From NCBI GenBank assembly GCA_963727775.1, contig CAVSHB010000001.1, forward strand, positions 352,001-416,000: a stretch of DNA of 64,000 bases, given 5' to 3'. The stretch is from an uncultured Nitrospiraceae bacterium (lineage in GTDB: Bacteria > Nitrospirota > Thermodesulfovibrionia > Thermodesulfovibrionales > SM23-35). The notes beneath the pieces are model-generated. The model did not search any database and was not told the origin of the DNA. It saw nothing but the letters and a program-made list of their open reading frames with translations. Positions within the stretch are counted from its first letter, which is position 1. Every line of letters starts with the position of its first letter. The position numbers and the translations under genes are program-made. Below, in pieces: positions 16,935-27,935 of this stretch.

Positions 16935-18035
16935 CTATTTCTCGGCGGCTGTAAAAAGGTCCTTTATCTTTTCTTTAAAGGACTTTGCTACTTCATCCCC
17001 GTTTATACGCGCAAATTCTTCGAGGAGTTCTTTCTGCCTGGGAGTGAGGCTTTTCGGAACGTCTACATAAATTCTTACGAACTGGTCTCCTCTTCCGTGA
17101 GCGCCAAGCTTCTGGATGCCTTTGCCTTTCAAATGGAATATCTTGCCTGAAGGCGTACCCGATGGGACTTTGAGCTTATATGTGCCTTCGATGGTCGGGA
17201 TTTCGATTTCAGCTCCGAGGACCGCTTGGGGAAAGGAAACGGGCACATCGCAATAAAGGTCATTGCCGTCTCTTTTAAAGAACGGGTGTTCTTCAATGTT
17301 CAGATAAATATAGAGGTCGCCATGGGGCCCGCCGTGCAGCCCTATCTCTCCCTCACCCGATACCCTGAGTCTTGAGCCTGTATCGACGCCTGCCGGCATC
17401 TTTACGCTTAAGCTCTTGAATTTCCTGATCTTGCCCTGACCCTTGCAAGTCTTGCACGGGTCCGTAATGATCCTCCCTGCGCCCCGGCACTTGTCGCAGG
17501 TCCTGGAGATACTGAAGAAGCCCTGCTGGACCCTTACCTGTCCCGCGCCTTTGCAATTCGGGCATGTAACAGGTGTCTTCCCCGGCGCGGAGCCGGTCCC
17601 ACCGCAGTCGGCGCAGTCTTCCCACCTCGGTATCTCAATAGTCTTTTCCGCGCCGAAAGCCGCTTCCATAAGTGTGATATCAAGGTCGTATCTAAGATCA
17701 TTGCCTTTGGTTGGTCTCGTCCTGCGTTGTCCCGTGAACGTACCGAAAAAATCGCCGAAGATGTCTTCAAAGATATCACCGAACCCTGCGCCGAAGGGGC
17801 CGCCGTATCCGGCGCCAACACCTTCTGCCGTTCCGAACCTGTCGTAATTTGCCCTTTTCTCAGGATCGATCAGGCAAGAGTATGCCTCGTTTATCTCCTT
17901 GAATTTGTCTTCCGATTCTTTGTTGTCGGGATTTCTGTCAGGGTGGTATTTTAGGGCAAGCTGTCTGAACGCCTTCTTTATATCAGCTTCAGCCGCATCC
18001 CGTGAGACCCCGAGTAATTCGTAATAGTCCTTCAT
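16935..18035 (-). CDS. dnaJ: Chaperone DnaJ
   Basis: J-domain HPD, G/F region, four CxxCxGxG zinc-finger repeats. Confidence 0.97.
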   Translation of the reverse strand: MKDYYELLGVSRDAAEADIKKAFRQLALKYHPDRNPDNKESEDKFKEINEAYSCLIDPEKRANYDRFGTAEGVGAGYGGPFGAGFGDIFEDIFGDFFGTFTGQRRTRPTKGNDLRYDLDITLMEAAFGAEKTIEIPRWEDCADCGGTGSAPGKTPVTCPNCKGAGQVRVQQGFFSISRTCDKCRGAGRIITDPCKTCKGQGKIRKFKSLSVKMPAGVDTGSRLRVSGEGEIGLHGGPHGDLYIYLNIEEHPFFKRDGNDLYCDVPVSFPQAVLGAEIEIPTIEGTYKLKVPSGTPSGKIFHLKGKGIQKLGAHGRGDQFVRIYVDVPKSLTPRQKELLEEFARINGDEVAKSFKEKIKDLFTAAEK

Positions 18036-18077
18036 ATTCATATCTTGTCAATTATAAGATTTGTATTCCTAAAAATT

Positions 18078-18187
18078 CACCCCCCTAAAATCCCCGTTTG
18101 GTAAAGGGGGATTTAGAGGGGTGGTCTATTTATCTTTTAATAATCTCCACGCACCATTTTTCTTAAAAGAGTGACATAGGGGGATTA
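18078..18187. repeat. REP-like GC-rich palindrome(s) between dnaK and dnaJ
   Basis: CACCCCCCTAAAATCCCCGTTTGGTAAAGGGGGATTTAGAGGGGTG (18078-18123) and a degenerate second copy at 18141-18187. Confidence 0.55.
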
Positions 18188-18206
18188 CTAAACGTTATTT
18201 TTAATC

Positions 18207-20138
18207 TTACTTTTTCTCCTTATCAACGTCTTCAAACTCGGCCTCAACGACTTCTTCTTCAGGACCCTTTGCGCCTGCCTGTGCCCCGGCGGCCCCCCCC
18301 GAAGGTCCGGCACCGGCGCCTGCATGCTCTCCCGCGCCTTTGTACATGTGTTCCGCCAGTTTATGCGACTTGTTCGAAAGATCTTCTACCGCGGATTTTA
18401 TCTCAGAAGCTTCGGTGCTCGTGTCTTTCAGCTTTTTGCATTTCTCGATCGCCTCTTCAATTTCTTTCTTCTCCGATTCGTTCAGCTTATCGCCGTAGTC
18501 TTTAACGGATTTTTCTACTGAATAAACGAGCGTATCAGCCTCGTTCCTTGCCTCGGCAAGCTGTTTCTTCTTCTTGTCGTCTTCAGAATGCGACTCCGCG
18601 TCACGCATCATCTTCTTTATTTCTTCTTCTGTAAGTCCGCTTGTCGCGGTTATTCTTATAGACTGTTCCTTGCCTGTACCGAGGTCTTTTGCAGATACAT
18701 GCAATATGCCGTTTGCGTCAATATCAAAAGTGACTTCAACCTGGGGGACACCTCTGGGCGCAGGCGGAATACCTATAAGTTCAAAATTGCCGAGCAGCTT
18801 ATTGTCCGAGGCCATTTCTCTCTCACCCTGGCATATCTTAATCGATACGGCAGGCTGGTTGTCTGATGCGGTAGAGAATACCTGGCTCTTCTTTGTCGGG
18901 ATGGTTGTATTTCTGTCTATTATCTTTGTGAATATGCCGCCGAGCGTTTCGATGCCGAGTGATAGGGGAGTAACATCGAGCAGCAACACCTCTTTCACAT
19001 CACCTTTAAGGACGGCAGCCTGAATGGCCGCGCCGACTGCGACTACCTCATCAGGATTCACAGTCTTGTTGGGCTCTTTACCGAAGAAGCCCTGTACCGT
19101 CTGCTGTACCTTGGGGGTCCTTGTCTGGCCGCCGACAAGCAGTATTTCATCGATGTTCGAAGGAGAAAGGGCGGCATCGGCTAAGGCATTTTTGCAAGGG
19201 CCTAAGGTGTTCTCGATAAGGTCTCCGACGAGTTGTTCCAATTTTGATCTTGACAGTTTCATAAGCAGGTGCTTCGGGCCTGTTGCATCGGCAGTCACAA
19301 AGGGCAGGTTTATCTCCGTATCCATAGCGGTGGAAAGCTCTATCTTCGCCTTTTCAGCAGCTTCCTTAAGTCTCTGCAATGCCATCTTGTCGCTTTTAAG
19401 GTCTATGCCCTGATCTTTCTTGAATTCTTCAACCATCCAGTCCATGACCCTTATATCAAAATCGTCACCGCCCAGGTAGGTATTTCCATTTGTGGATTTT
19501 ACCTCTATGACGCCTTCGCCGATTTCGAGTACGGACACATCAAACGTTCCGCCGCCGAGGTCATAAACACTGATTTTTTCCTCTTTTTTCTTGTCCATGC
19601 CGTATGCCAGTGAAGCGGCTGTCGGCTCGTTTATTATTCTCAGGACATTCAGTCCGGCGATCCTTCCAGCGTCTTTTGTCGCCTGCCTCTGGCTGTCGTC
19701 AAAATAGGCGGGGACTGTAATAACAGCTTCCGTCACCTGCTCCCCGAGATAATCTTCGGCTGCCTGTTTCAGTTTCTGGAGGATCATCGCAGATATCTCG
19801 GGCGGCGAATACTGTTTGCCTCTTATGTCTACCTGGGCGTCTCCGTTCGAGGCTTCAACAATCTTGTAGGGAAGTCTCTTCTTTGCGTGGTCAACTTCCG
19901 GAGTGTTGAATTTCCTTCCCATAAGCCTCTTTATGGAAAATATGGTATTCTCGGGATTTGTTATCGACTGCCTTTTTGCAATCTGTCCGACGAGCCTTTC
20001 TCCCTTATCGGTAATGGCCACAACCGACGGTGTCGTCCTGGCCCCTTCCTGATTCGGAATTACTACCGGCTCACCTGCCTGAACGACAGCAACAACAGAG
20101 TTCGTAGTTCCAAGATCTATGCCGACTGCTTTCCCCAT
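18207..20138 (-). CDS. dnaK: Chaperone DnaK
   Basis: 'GIDLGTTNS', 'TVPAYF', 'DLGGGTFD', C-terminal 'EAEFEDV'; start MGKAV at 20138. Confidence 0.98.
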   Translation of the reverse strand: MGKAVGIDLGTTNSVVAVVQAGEPVVIPNQEGARTTPSVVAITDKGERLVGQIAKRQSITNPENTIFSIKRLMGRKFNTPEVDHAKKRLPYKIVEASNGDAQVDIRGKQYSPPEISAMILQKLKQAAEDYLGEQVTEAVITVPAYFDDSQRQATKDAGRIAGLNVLRIINEPTAASLAYGMDKKKEEKISVYDLGGGTFDVSVLEIGEGVIEVKSTNGNTYLGGDDFDIRVMDWMVEEFKKDQGIDLKSDKMALQRLKEAAEKAKIELSTAMDTEINLPFVTADATGPKHLLMKLSRSKLEQLVGDLIENTLGPCKNALADAALSPSNIDEILLVGGQTRTPKVQQTVQGFFGKEPNKTVNPDEVVAVGAAIQAAVLKGDVKEVLLLDVTPLSLGIETLGGIFTKIIDRNTTIPTKKSQVFSTASDNQPAVSIKICQGEREMASDNKLLGNFELIGIPPAPRGVPQVEVTFDIDANGILHVSAKDLGTGKEQSIRITATSGLTEEEIKKMMRDAESHSEDDKKKKQLAEARNEADTLVYSVEKSVKDYGDKLNESEKKEIEEAIEKCKKLKDTSTEASEIKSAVEDLSNKSHKLAEHMYKGAGEHAGAGAGPSGGAAGAQAGAKGPEEEVVEAEFEDVDKEKK

Positions 20139-20139
20139 A

Positions 20140-20748
20140 TTAAAGTTCCTCCTCTGCAATATTAGTTGTATTTATTTCTTCCTCCGTCCCTTCTTTTTCC
20201 GAAGCTTTCGGTTTTGCCGATACAGCGACCAGGGACGGCCTTAAGACTTTATCTTTCAACATGTATCCCTTTCTAAAGTCTTCCACCACTACATTTTCTT
20301 CCATATCTTCGCGCTCGACCTGAGACATGGCATGATGCACCATAGGATCAAAGGGTTTCCCCTCAGCCTCTATCTCGGTCAGTCCGAATTTCTCAAGTGT
20401 CTTCCTGAGTTCTTTTAGCGTGATTTCAACTCCCTGGACAAGACCGGAGGAGACATCGTTCGAGGCATGTTTCAGCGCCAAATCAAGATGGTCGATAAAA
20501 GGCAGCAGGTCATAAAGAAGATTTTCATTGCCGTATTTTATGATCTCTTCTTTGTCCCTGTTCACCCTTTTCTTGTAATTCTCAAATTCGGCATACAGTC
20601 TCAGATATTTGTTATTCATCTCCTGGACTTCGGCTGCCAGGCTATCCTGCTCATCCGAAGCCGATTTTTCAATGGCCTCTGCCTCGCGGGATTCATCTGC
20701 TTCATTGCCGGAGACGAGTTTGTTTTCGTTTACTTTATGCTTGCCCAT
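20140..20748 (-). CDS. grpE: Nucleotide exchange factor GrpE
   Basis: '[14 protein letters not shown]', 'FDPMVHHAM', '[14 protein letters not shown]'. Confidence 0.96.
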   Translation of the reverse strand: MGKHKVNENKLVSGNEADESREAEAIEKSASDEQDSLAAEVQEMNNKYLRLYAEFENYKKRVNRDKEEIIKYGNENLLYDLLPFIDHLDLALKHASNDVSSGLVQGVEITLKELRKTLEKFGLTEIEAEGKPFDPMVHHAMSQVEREDMEENVVVEDFRKGYMLKDKVLRPSLVAVSAKPKASEKEGTEEEINTTNIAEEEL

Positions 20749-20750
20749 TT

Positions 20751-21785
20751 TTACCTTATTGTAAGCATCCTGGTAATAAACTTCGCAGTATTTTCTACTA
20801 TATAAATCGCGTCTGCATAATTCATCCGCGTAGGGCCGATTATCCCGACAACACCGATCTGCCGACTGCCCTCCCTGCAGGGAGAGACAACCACACTCAG
20901 CTTTTTCATCTCGTCAGTTGAATTTTCAGAGCCGATCAATATCTGGACCCCGTCCGCTTCCGATAGTCCGTCAAGCAGTTTGATGATAGTGTGTTTGTCT
21001 TCAATGGCCTTTGATAACTCTTTTATCTTTTTAAGATCAGAGAATTCCGGAAGATCGAGGACCTCTGATAACCCTGCTACAAAGAGTTCGCCGAACGGGA
21101 AATAAAGCGCCTCCTTGCATATAGTCATCGCCCTATAAATAAGCCTGTCGCAACTCGTTTTTTCCTTTGACATCTCTCTTAAAACTTTTATCCTGACCTC
21201 ATCGAAACTATATCCCGAAAATTCGGAATTCAGGTAAGCGGCAATCCTGTTGAGGTCCTTCTGCGAGATATCAGGATCAACCGATATGACCTTGTTCTTG
21301 ATCTGTCCTTCATCCGTAAATAATACCGCAGCTACCGCATCGGCTTTATATTTTAAAAGGTTGATCCTTTTGAAGGTCGTCATATCGGGCAGCGGGGATA
21401 TCGCAACCCCGAGATAGTGGGACAATATCGACAGGCTTCTTGTCGTCTCATTGAGCAGCATGTCGATGTCATTTCTTAATGTTTCAAGTTTTCTGTAAAG
21501 ACTCTGGAGCGCCTCCATATCTGAAGAATAATCTCTTTCCACCGCCAGCGAATCCACATAAAATCTGTACCCCATATCCGTCGGGACCCTCCCGGCTGAG
21601 GTATGCGGCTGCGTGAGGAACCCCATCTCCTCAAGGTCCGCCATTATGTTCCTTATCGTGGCAGGGGAAAGGCCGAAAGAGTATCTTTTTGTTACAACCC
21701 TTGACCCTACCGGGTCAGGGAAATTAATGTAACTCTGGACGACTGCACACAGAACTTTTTTGCTTCTTTCACTGAGCATTTGCAT
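20751..21785 (-). CDS. hrcA: Heat-inducible transcription repressor HrcA
   Basis: 'PVGS', 'SPATIRNIMADLE', 'QPHTSAGRVPT', 'IIGPTRMNY'; start after the CIRCE element (21785 or 21779). Confidence 0.95.
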   Translation of the reverse strand: MQMLSERSKKVLCAVVQSYINFPDPVGSRVVTKRYSFGLSPATIRNIMADLEEMGFLTQPHTSAGRVPTDMGYRFYVDSLAVERDYSSDMEALQSLYRKLETLRNDIDMLLNETTRSLSILSHYLGVAISPLPDMTTFKRINLLKYKADAVAAVLFTDEGQIKNKVISVDPDISQKDLNRIAAYLNSEFSGYSFDEVRIKVLREMSKEKTSCDRLIYRAMTICKEALYFPFGELFVAGLSEVLDLPEFSDLKKIKELSKAIEDKHTIIKLLDGLSEADGVQILIGSENSTDEMKKLSVVVSPCREGSRQIGVVGIIGPTRMNYADAIYIVENTAKFITRMLTIR

Positions 21786-21786
21786 T

Positions 21787-21813
21787 TTAGCACTCTCGAT
21801 GGTCAAGTGCTAA
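21787..21813 (-). promoter_or_regulatory. CIRCE operator
   Basis: TTAGCACTT-N9-GAGTGCTAA (one mismatch to consensus) directly before the hrcA ATG; TTGACA (21844-21839)-N18-TAAATT upstream. Confidence 0.93.
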
Positions 21814-21902
21814 TAATTTAACAAGTAACTGATAGGCGTGTCAAGGGTACGGATTGAATATAAGGCCAAATCAGGGCTCTCCGCGTGATCATAAATTTAG
21901 TT

Positions 21903-23705
21903 TTAGTCCGGCATTTCTTCTTCGCCTCCGTTACCGGAAGCCTCATGTTTCATAAGCTTTTCACAGCGAGCCAAATATAAGCGGACGACCGCATCGTCCG
22001 GATAATGATTGGACAGCGACGAGAATATCTCAAGCGCCTCGTGGTTTTTCCCGTCAAAATACAACGTTATACCGTACTCCAGGGCTTCTTTACTCATATC
22101 CTTCTTCTCAAGAATGCGGACCGGGTCGGCGTCGTAAACCTCATACAGAGAAACGGGAACATTTTTACCTTTGACCTGCACTTTATCCAGAAAACGGATA
22201 TGATATTTGTCCGGGTCATTGAGGTTGTCCAATGTCTCCCTGCTTATAATGACCGATACTTGGTAGAATTTTGTAAGTTTTTCCATGCGGGAGCAGATAT
22301 TTACGGCATCCGAGATGACGCTTCCATCCATACGCTCGTCTTCACCGATGGCACCGAGCATAAGTAGGCCGGTGTGAATGGCGATACCTATCTTGATCGG
22401 CTGATAACCCGAAGACACCCTGTGCTCGTTATACTCATCCACCCTCCTCAGCATGGTGATCGCCGAGGTCACAGCGTCGTCGGGTCCGCCCGGAAAGAGG
22501 GCCATAATCCCGTCGCCGATATATTTGTCTATAAAACCATTGTATAGGCGGATTGCCGGTCCTACGCGGCTGAGATAGCTGTTTATGAAATTGAAGGTCT
22601 CTGCAGGCGTCATGCTTTCCGAAAGCGTGGTGAAAGCCCTGATATCGGAAAAGAGGATAGTCATCTCCTTCTGTATCTGGTCGCCGAGCTGGACATCGGA
22701 GATGCTTTCCTTATTCAGAAACTCCAGGAATTTCCTTGGGACGAATCGGCTGAAAGAAGCAAGCAGTTTTTCGAGCGTTGCGGCATAATTCTGAATAGTC
22801 TCCGCCATGTAGTTAAGACTAAAGCCGAGCCTGCCTATTTCGTCATTGGACCTGATGGAAGAGCGGGCCGAAAAGTCTTTTCGCACATAGAGCTGGACTA
22901 CTCCGTCAAGGGCGAGGATGCCCCTCGCAAAAGTGTTTCCGAGGATGATGGATATGATCAGCGACAGGACAAGTGATATTCCTATGATGATCAAAGAGGT
23001 ATTTCGACTCGCGGTCAACGCCGCATCCACGTTGGCATCAATGACATCTATGCACAGTACAGCCAGCAATGTGCCTGAATGATCGTCTATTATCGGCGCG
23101 TAGGCAGAGATGGAGCGTACTTTATAAACAGGGTCATAAAAGGATTGATCTTCGACCAGAGCTCTCTTTTCGCGGACTGCACGCCAGAATACGGGGAATG
23201 TAGAGGCATCGAAAGGCGAGTTAAATCGGGATATCTGCTGAGTCGACTGCCTGTCCCCCGGCAGTTTTTTCAGGTCCGAAAGGGTATCGGCGTCAGCGAC
23301 ATAACGCGGAATTCCCTTATCTGTCGGACGGACTATATATGCATAGCGTATAAGCCGTCTCTCGATATCCCGGACTCTGTTCAACTGGTCCGAGATTGCT
23401 TTGAAATCCGCGGATTGTTCAACAGAGCCTGCCTCCTGACCGGACAACTGAGTGCCCATTCTGCTTGTCAGTCGTGAGAGTGTTGGCCTATCGATGAGAT
23501 AACTTCCCAGTTGTGCTATGTTGTTTGTTCTTTCCTTAATTTCCCTGAGCATACTGGCGTGCAGCACCTGATATGCGGAAATGGACAATACAGAGCTAAC
23601 AATGGCAGTAAAAAGGAAAAAGGCAAGTATGACCTTAAACCTGAACCCGAAGGACAATTTATCCTGCCCTTCTTCCACAGTCCGCGAGCGGAGGTTATTT
23701 AGCAT
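21903..23705 (-). CDS. Membrane-bound class III adenylate/guanylate cyclase (periplasmic sensor-HAMP-CYC)
   Basis: Two TMs, HAMP, 'ILFSDIRAFT', 'DKYIGDGIMA', 'DGSVISDAVNICSRME'; the K and D specificity residues suggest ATP as substrate. Confidence 0.9.
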   Translation of the reverse strand: MLNNLRSRTVEEGQDKLSFGFRFKVILAFFLFTAIVSSVLSISAYQVLHASMLREIKERTNNIAQLGSYLIDRPTLSRLTSRMGTQLSGQEAGSVEQSADFKAISDQLNRVRDIERRLIRYAYIVRPTDKGIPRYVADADTLSDLKKLPGDRQSTQQISRFNSPFDASTFPVFWRAVREKRALVEDQSFYDPVYKVRSISAYAPIIDDHSGTLLAVLCIDVIDANVDAALTASRNTSLIIIGISLVLSLIISIILGNTFARGILALDGVVQLYVRKDFSARSSIRSNDEIGRLGFSLNYMAETIQNYAATLEKLLASFSRFVPRKFLEFLNKESISDVQLGDQIQKEMTILFSDIRAFTTLSESMTPAETFNFINSYLSRVGPAIRLYNGFIDKYIGDGIMALFPGGPDDAVTSAITMLRRVDEYNEHRVSSGYQPIKIGIAIHTGLLMLGAIGEDERMDGSVISDAVNICSRMEKLTKFYQVSVIISRETLDNLNDPDKYHIRFLDKVQVKGKNVPVSLYEVYDADPVRILEKKDMSKEALEYGITLYFDGKNHEALEIFSSLSNHYPDDAVVRLYLARCEKLMKHEASGNGGEEEMPD

Positions 23706-24053
23706 CGGGTTTGAGAACCCCTAAGCGGAGTAACTATCAATTGCGATCACCCCTATTATTTCCGAAAATAGAGCAAAGCGTTGAAATACAAAATTACAAT
23801 GCTTGACAATAATTATACCAAGTTGGGGAAGCCTTTTGTCCCTTTCGTATGAGTAGGGAAAATTTTACAGAAGAGAAGGCTGCAGCTTGGTCACAGATTA
23901 GGTATATTTTATTGATCTCTGATTGCACTGACCACAATTATGTCAGACTGCTCGGATGTTTGTTTCAGAAAGGCATGTTTCCGGTTTGATCCTTCCTGAA
24001 AGCTGCACCCCGCGATTGTGATATAATTGTACGGAGTACAAGTGGTAATAACC

Positions 24054-24179
24054 ATGATACATAATGTAAAAGCAGAAAAGGAAATTGAAACAATCCTATT
24101 GCATCTCGAACAGCAGAACGATCTCATGCTCAAGATTCTTCATCATTTGGAAAAGGGGAGCCGAGAAACTAAAGACTGA
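24054..24179 (+). pseudogene. Probable C-terminal remnant of a DUF1003-like membrane protein
   Basis: NVKAEKEIETILLHLEQQNDLMLKILHHLE resembles the DUF1003 C-terminal coiled coil (recalled pattern, not searched). Confidence 0.4.
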
Positions 24180-24479
24180 AATTTCGAAAGACAACTTTAT
24201 GTACGCAGCAACTTTCAGCAGGGCACATTGCCAATAAATGAAAATCGTTAACAACATTCTCTACATTGGTGCTCTCACTCGAGGTAAGTTGTCCGGAGAA
24301 CCGAGTTGAACCGATACGATCCAGTCGGCTTGCCCCCCGATAAAAGGTGACGGGAGTGAGCGGGCTCCGTACAGGGAAGAGTATCAAAAAGAAGGCGACG
24401 ATATCCAAGTTGTATGACCAAGTCAATGCAGCCCTCGACCAAGGTATACCCCAACTTCTAAGCTCCGAGCAGCAGGACC

Positions 24480-25347
24480 TTAGAAGCGAAATCCCATACC
24501 CGCCCCGAAGTAATGGGTGAAGCCGCCTAGATCTCCGGCAAGGCGCACTCCTGCCTCCAGATCCACCACCCAGCAGGGCATGATCAGGTACTGGACGCCG
24601 CCGTCCGCGTTGTAGCCGGCACCCTTGCTCGGCCCGGTGCTGCTCTGCCCAAAAATTTCACCGAAGAACTGAAGTCGCTCTACAGGTTGCCAAGTAGCGA
24701 CAAGATTGGAAATGAGACTCGTGAAACGTCCGTCCCCTGCAAGCACTGGAGTAGTCTGCGAGCTTACGCCGAGCTGAAGGGAGAGCCCTACCTGCTCGCT
24801 CAGGGCATAGGAAGCTATGCCGTTAAAAGCCACGCCAAGGCCCCGACTTCCGAAGGCGGAATCCCCCAGATGGCAGTGTGAACAGGGCTTCCACAGCACC
24901 AAGCCAATACCGGGTATAGCCCAATTCGTGCTTAAAGCCGAGTGTTACAGCAGAAGAGCCGGAAATCTCTTGAGCCGGACCGACCGAAATAGCGTGAGTC
25001 CTTTGTCGGTTATAATTGGGGGGAAGAAGGACGAACTCGTTCCTGCCGGGAAGGCCAAAGCGCACCTCGGCCTGGGGATAATTGTCTGCCGTGCCACCAC
25101 CGAGCCCCCTCAAGTTGGCGTATTGGGAACCCATTTCCAGCACGAATTGTCCCGAAGGGACCACACAGGAGCTGTCTGAGACCGTCGGGCGGTCCACGAT
25201 GGCAAGCAGGGCCGATGGGCCCGAGCAAGGGTTAGGGATAGCAGTCTCCTGCTCTTCAGCATAAACCTTCCCCCAGACCGCTAACAGGACTATGAGAGCG
25301 AAAGAGACCCGAACCACACAGCACACGATCAACCCTTCCTTGGCCAT
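24480..25347 (-). pseudogene. Outer-membrane beta-barrel 'transporter' (MetA-pathway/phenol-degradation-like), frameshifted
   Basis: 'DRPTVSDSSCVVP.G..VLEMG' N-terminus, C-terminal 'GAGMGFRF'; two ORFs join as FTLPSG|DSAFGS if one G is removed from the G5 run at 24863-24867. Confidence 0.75.
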
Positions 25348-25435
25348 TCTCCCTCATCTCGCATTTCTTCAAGCATCGTCCGAGACAATTCCCATATAGG
25401 CGATGTAAAAAATATACCCTCTGCTTTTGACACTA

Positions 25436-25790
25436 TTATACAGCGTCAATATAAACTATGAAGCTATCCGCAAGCTTCCTTCCTCTTCTAAGGAAGATGA
25501 TGTGCTCCGCTTTTATTTTATTTACCTCTGTTATAAATGATGTTAGATCGATCTCTGTCTTTTCCCAATCTTTTGGCCTTGTGTTCACGACATGCAGTTT
25601 TTGGCGGAAACCGAATTCGAACCCGATAGGCATCATGAGACCTGCTGAAAACAGAGATGAGAAAAGGTATCTCTGTTTGAGCCCGTCTATGTTACCGTTC
25701 AATTCCTCGTAAAGCCTCACTGTATCGTGACTTTCAGAAAAACTGACGGAAGGGACGATGTCCCGTGTGAGATCATACTGCTGTATTATC
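25436..25790 (-). pseudogene. Internal fragment of a GH13 (alpha-amylase-like) gene
   Basis: Frame reads QYDLTRDIVPSVSFSESHDTVRLYEELNG...MMPIGFEFG; 'SHDT.R' is GH13 conserved region IV; the N-terminal catalytic part is absent. Confidence 0.6.
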
Positions 25791-26603
25791 CACCCCGGAG
25801 ATCATATCAAGAATCCTTTTGCGGGCTTCGTCGAGTAATTCCGCGGGCTGCGGCCACTGTTCAAGAATTATAGAGCCTGAAAACCCGCGTTTCTTTAAAC
25901 GCGCTATGAGTCCCTTTATCCCCGCCGGGTCTGTTCCGGCAGGTCCCGTAAAGATCGGCAGGTGGCTGTCGTAATCCCCGTAGTTTTCGTGAAGATGTAT
26001 ATGAATAATCGGCGTTTCGGGATCAAGCAGATCGATGTACCTGAGATAGTCGTTCCGCGTCGAATTGCATAGGTTGGCATGTCCGATGTCGAGGCACATG
26101 CCGATAGCAAAGTTGTGATGAGAATGGAGTTTGTTAAGATATTTGAACAGCTTATTGAAATCTTGAGGGGTTGTATCGAAAGTATTTTCTATGGAAAGTT
26201 TTATCTTGGATTGAGATAGGATCTTCGCCAGCGGCAAGATCGCTTCGGCATAAGCTTCGATACCCTCACCGGTATAAAAATGGATATTGAAAAGCGTAGC
26301 GCTTATGTCTTTGGCAAACTCTATGTCCTTCCAGTAGCGTTCAGCCGATGCTTGTATTAACGGTCTTGCATGGATAGACATATGAACGGAAAGGGAGATG
26401 TTCTTTGTGGCCGCGGTTTCTCTGATGACAGCCCTGGTCGTTGCAGGGATATCCTCCACAGTCCATCCTTCACCCGATTCTTTTTTGTCCGGGAGCCACT
26501 CAAAGGCATCGAAACCATGAGCCGCGGCGTATTCGAAAGGCAGTAATATGGGAACGGCAAAAAAAGAGGTTTGATTGCCGATGCGGACCTTCATTGCTGT
26601 CAT
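25773..26603 (-). CDS. Sugar phosphate isomerase/epimerase-like TIM barrel (AP endonuclease 2 family)
   Basis: 'LSIENT', 'CLDIGHAN', 'HIHLHEN..D.DSHL', 'IILEQW' metal ligands. Confidence 0.8.
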   Translation of the reverse strand: MTAMKVRIGNQTSFFAVPILLPFEYAAAHGFDAFEWLPDKKESGEGWTVEDIPATTRAVIRETAATKNISLSVHMSIHARPLIQASAERYWKDIEFAKDISATLFNIHFYTGEGIEAYAEAILPLAKILSQSKIKLSIENTFDTTPQDFNKLFKYLNKLHSHHNFAIGMCLDIGHANLCNSTRNDYLRYIDLLDPETPIIHIHLHENYGDYDSHLPIFTGPAGTDPAGIKGLIARLKKRGFSGSIILEQWPQPAELLDEARKRILDMISGVDNTAV

Positions 26604-26664
26604 AAAGACCTGCGTCGGCATAATCTGATAGGTCTTCTACGGTGCGTATTCAATTTTGAGACCC

Positions 26665-27678
26665 TTAATAAGCGCTTTTTAATAATCCCTTTAATTCAAT
26701 GAGGGTTTTGAAAACCTTCTGCGTTTCTTCAATGCTCCTTGACCCGGTGCCGCACGACGGCGTCAACAGCATTTGCGACAACAAGAGGTCTCCGGGCAGC
26801 AACTTTGATAACCGCTCAATCCCGACATCAAAGCGTTTCTTTATTGAGGAGGCATCTTCTCCCATGATAGCTTCGGTTGTCGGGACGATCCCCCATGCGA
26901 GATAGCCGCCATTTCTCAGAAATCCGGCGAATTCCGCAGGGTATATCGAGACTGTATCGAGATAATCATAGGCGTCGAAGCTGATGACATCGGCCCCGCT
27001 GTTTATTATCAGAGGCCAGTCAGCCTTACTGCAGCAATGAATGCCGGGAATGCCGCCTGCCTGTTTAATGGAATCCGAAGTTTCTCTCAGAAGCCTCAGC
27101 GCCTCATCGGGGGCTACGCCGATATAACTTGAGCTGCCGAGGGCGGATAGGATAGGCTCGTCAATGAAGATAATCACCTGATCGGCGGATTGCTTCAGCA
27201 GTTCGACCTGCCATCTTATTTTGGCCTTTAGGACCAAAAGAGAAATCTCCCGCAGTTCCTCGTCAAAATAGATAAGCCTGTTTCCCGAGTCTTTGAGTCC
27301 CAAGGTAAAAGTCAAAGGTCCGGTAACGTGTCCTTTAAGGAATTGAAAATGTCTGTCTTTTATCATCCCCAAAAATGTGTGAAGCCCTTTTGCAAATGTC
27401 GCCGAAACGGCAACCTGCCGGTCTTCAGTATAAGTCTCGTAGAAATTTGTTAGGTCGTCTCCGTGTCCTCTATCAATCCAGACGGTCTCCCTTGTTTCGT
27501 TGATCTTTAAAAATGGGATGCCTTCTGAAAACTGGGGGACCATCGATTCAAGGAATGATAATGCGGGCAACTGCGGCCAAAAAGGGATATCGAATGTTTC
27601 GAGCACAAGTCTGCATGCTTCCTCGGGGTCGGTATGAGGAAGACTTCCAATGCCGGTTGTTAAAAATGGAGTAAACAT
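26665..27678 (-). CDS. Cobalamin-independent methionine synthase-like (core/half-size MetE family) protein
   Basis: 'TTGIGSLPH', 'FIDEP', 'GIHCC', 'LTPSCG' Zn ligands; start MFTPF placed after the upstream terminator. Confidence 0.75.
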   Translation of the reverse strand: MFTPFLTTGIGSLPHTDPEEACRLVLETFDIPFWPQLPALSFLESMVPQFSEGIPFLKINETRETVWIDRGHGDDLTNFYETYTEDRQVAVSATFAKGLHTFLGMIKDRHFQFLKGHVTGPLTFTLGLKDSGNRLIYFDEELREISLLVLKAKIRWQVELLKQSADQVIIFIDEPILSALGSSSYIGVAPDEALRLLRETSDSIKQAGGIPGIHCCSKADWPLIINSGADVISFDAYDYLDTVSIYPAEFAGFLRNGGYLAWGIVPTTEAIMGEDASSIKKRFDVGIERLSKLLPGDLLLSQMLLTPSCGTGSRSIEETQKVFKTLIELKGLLKSAY

Positions 27679-27695
27679 CTGTCTCAGGTTCGGTA

Positions 27696-27739
27696 TTTTT
27701 AACAGGTCCGCCCCTTTCAAGGGGCGGACCTGTTAAAAA
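27696..27739. terminator. Long perfect inverted repeat / terminator after the bS22-like gene
   Basis: TTTTTAACAGGTCCGCCCCT-TTCA-AGGGGCGGACCTGTTAAAAA. Confidence 0.8.
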
Positions 27740-27754
27740 GGTCATATAAAATAC

Positions 27755-27853
27755 TTATTTACTTTTTCTTCTCTGGAATTTTGTCTTCTTCCTCAGCTTA
27801 TCGTGTTTATGCTTGCTCATTTTCTTTTTGCGCCATTTTTTAACGTTTCCCAC
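27755..27853 (-). CDS. 30S ribosomal protein bS22-like (AURKAIP1/COX24 domain), 32 aa; not in the ORF track
   Basis: GTG start with GGAGG RBS (27861-27865); MGNVKKWRKKKMSKHKHDKLRKKTKFQRRKSK. Confidence 0.88.
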   Translation of the reverse strand: MGNVKKWRKKKMSKHKHDKLRKKTKFQRRKSK

Positions 27854-27935
27854 TCATTCACCTCCTCATATTAAGTAAACAGTAAACAGCTAACAGTAGA
27901 CAGGTAAAAAATATTGTTTTGTTGCTGAATACTGT

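Noticed and set aside
21786..21806. ORF-track start of hrcA at 21806 (and extended starts for dnaK, phoB, the nodI-like gene, rpsL, glyQ and the MetE-like gene)
   Set aside because: The extensions run through the CIRCE, promoter or terminator sequences, or overlap upstream genes; downstream starts fit family N-termini better
24169..24470. ORF 24169-24426 (-) and nearby short frames
   Set aside because: No RBS or recognisable motif; probably decayed sequence
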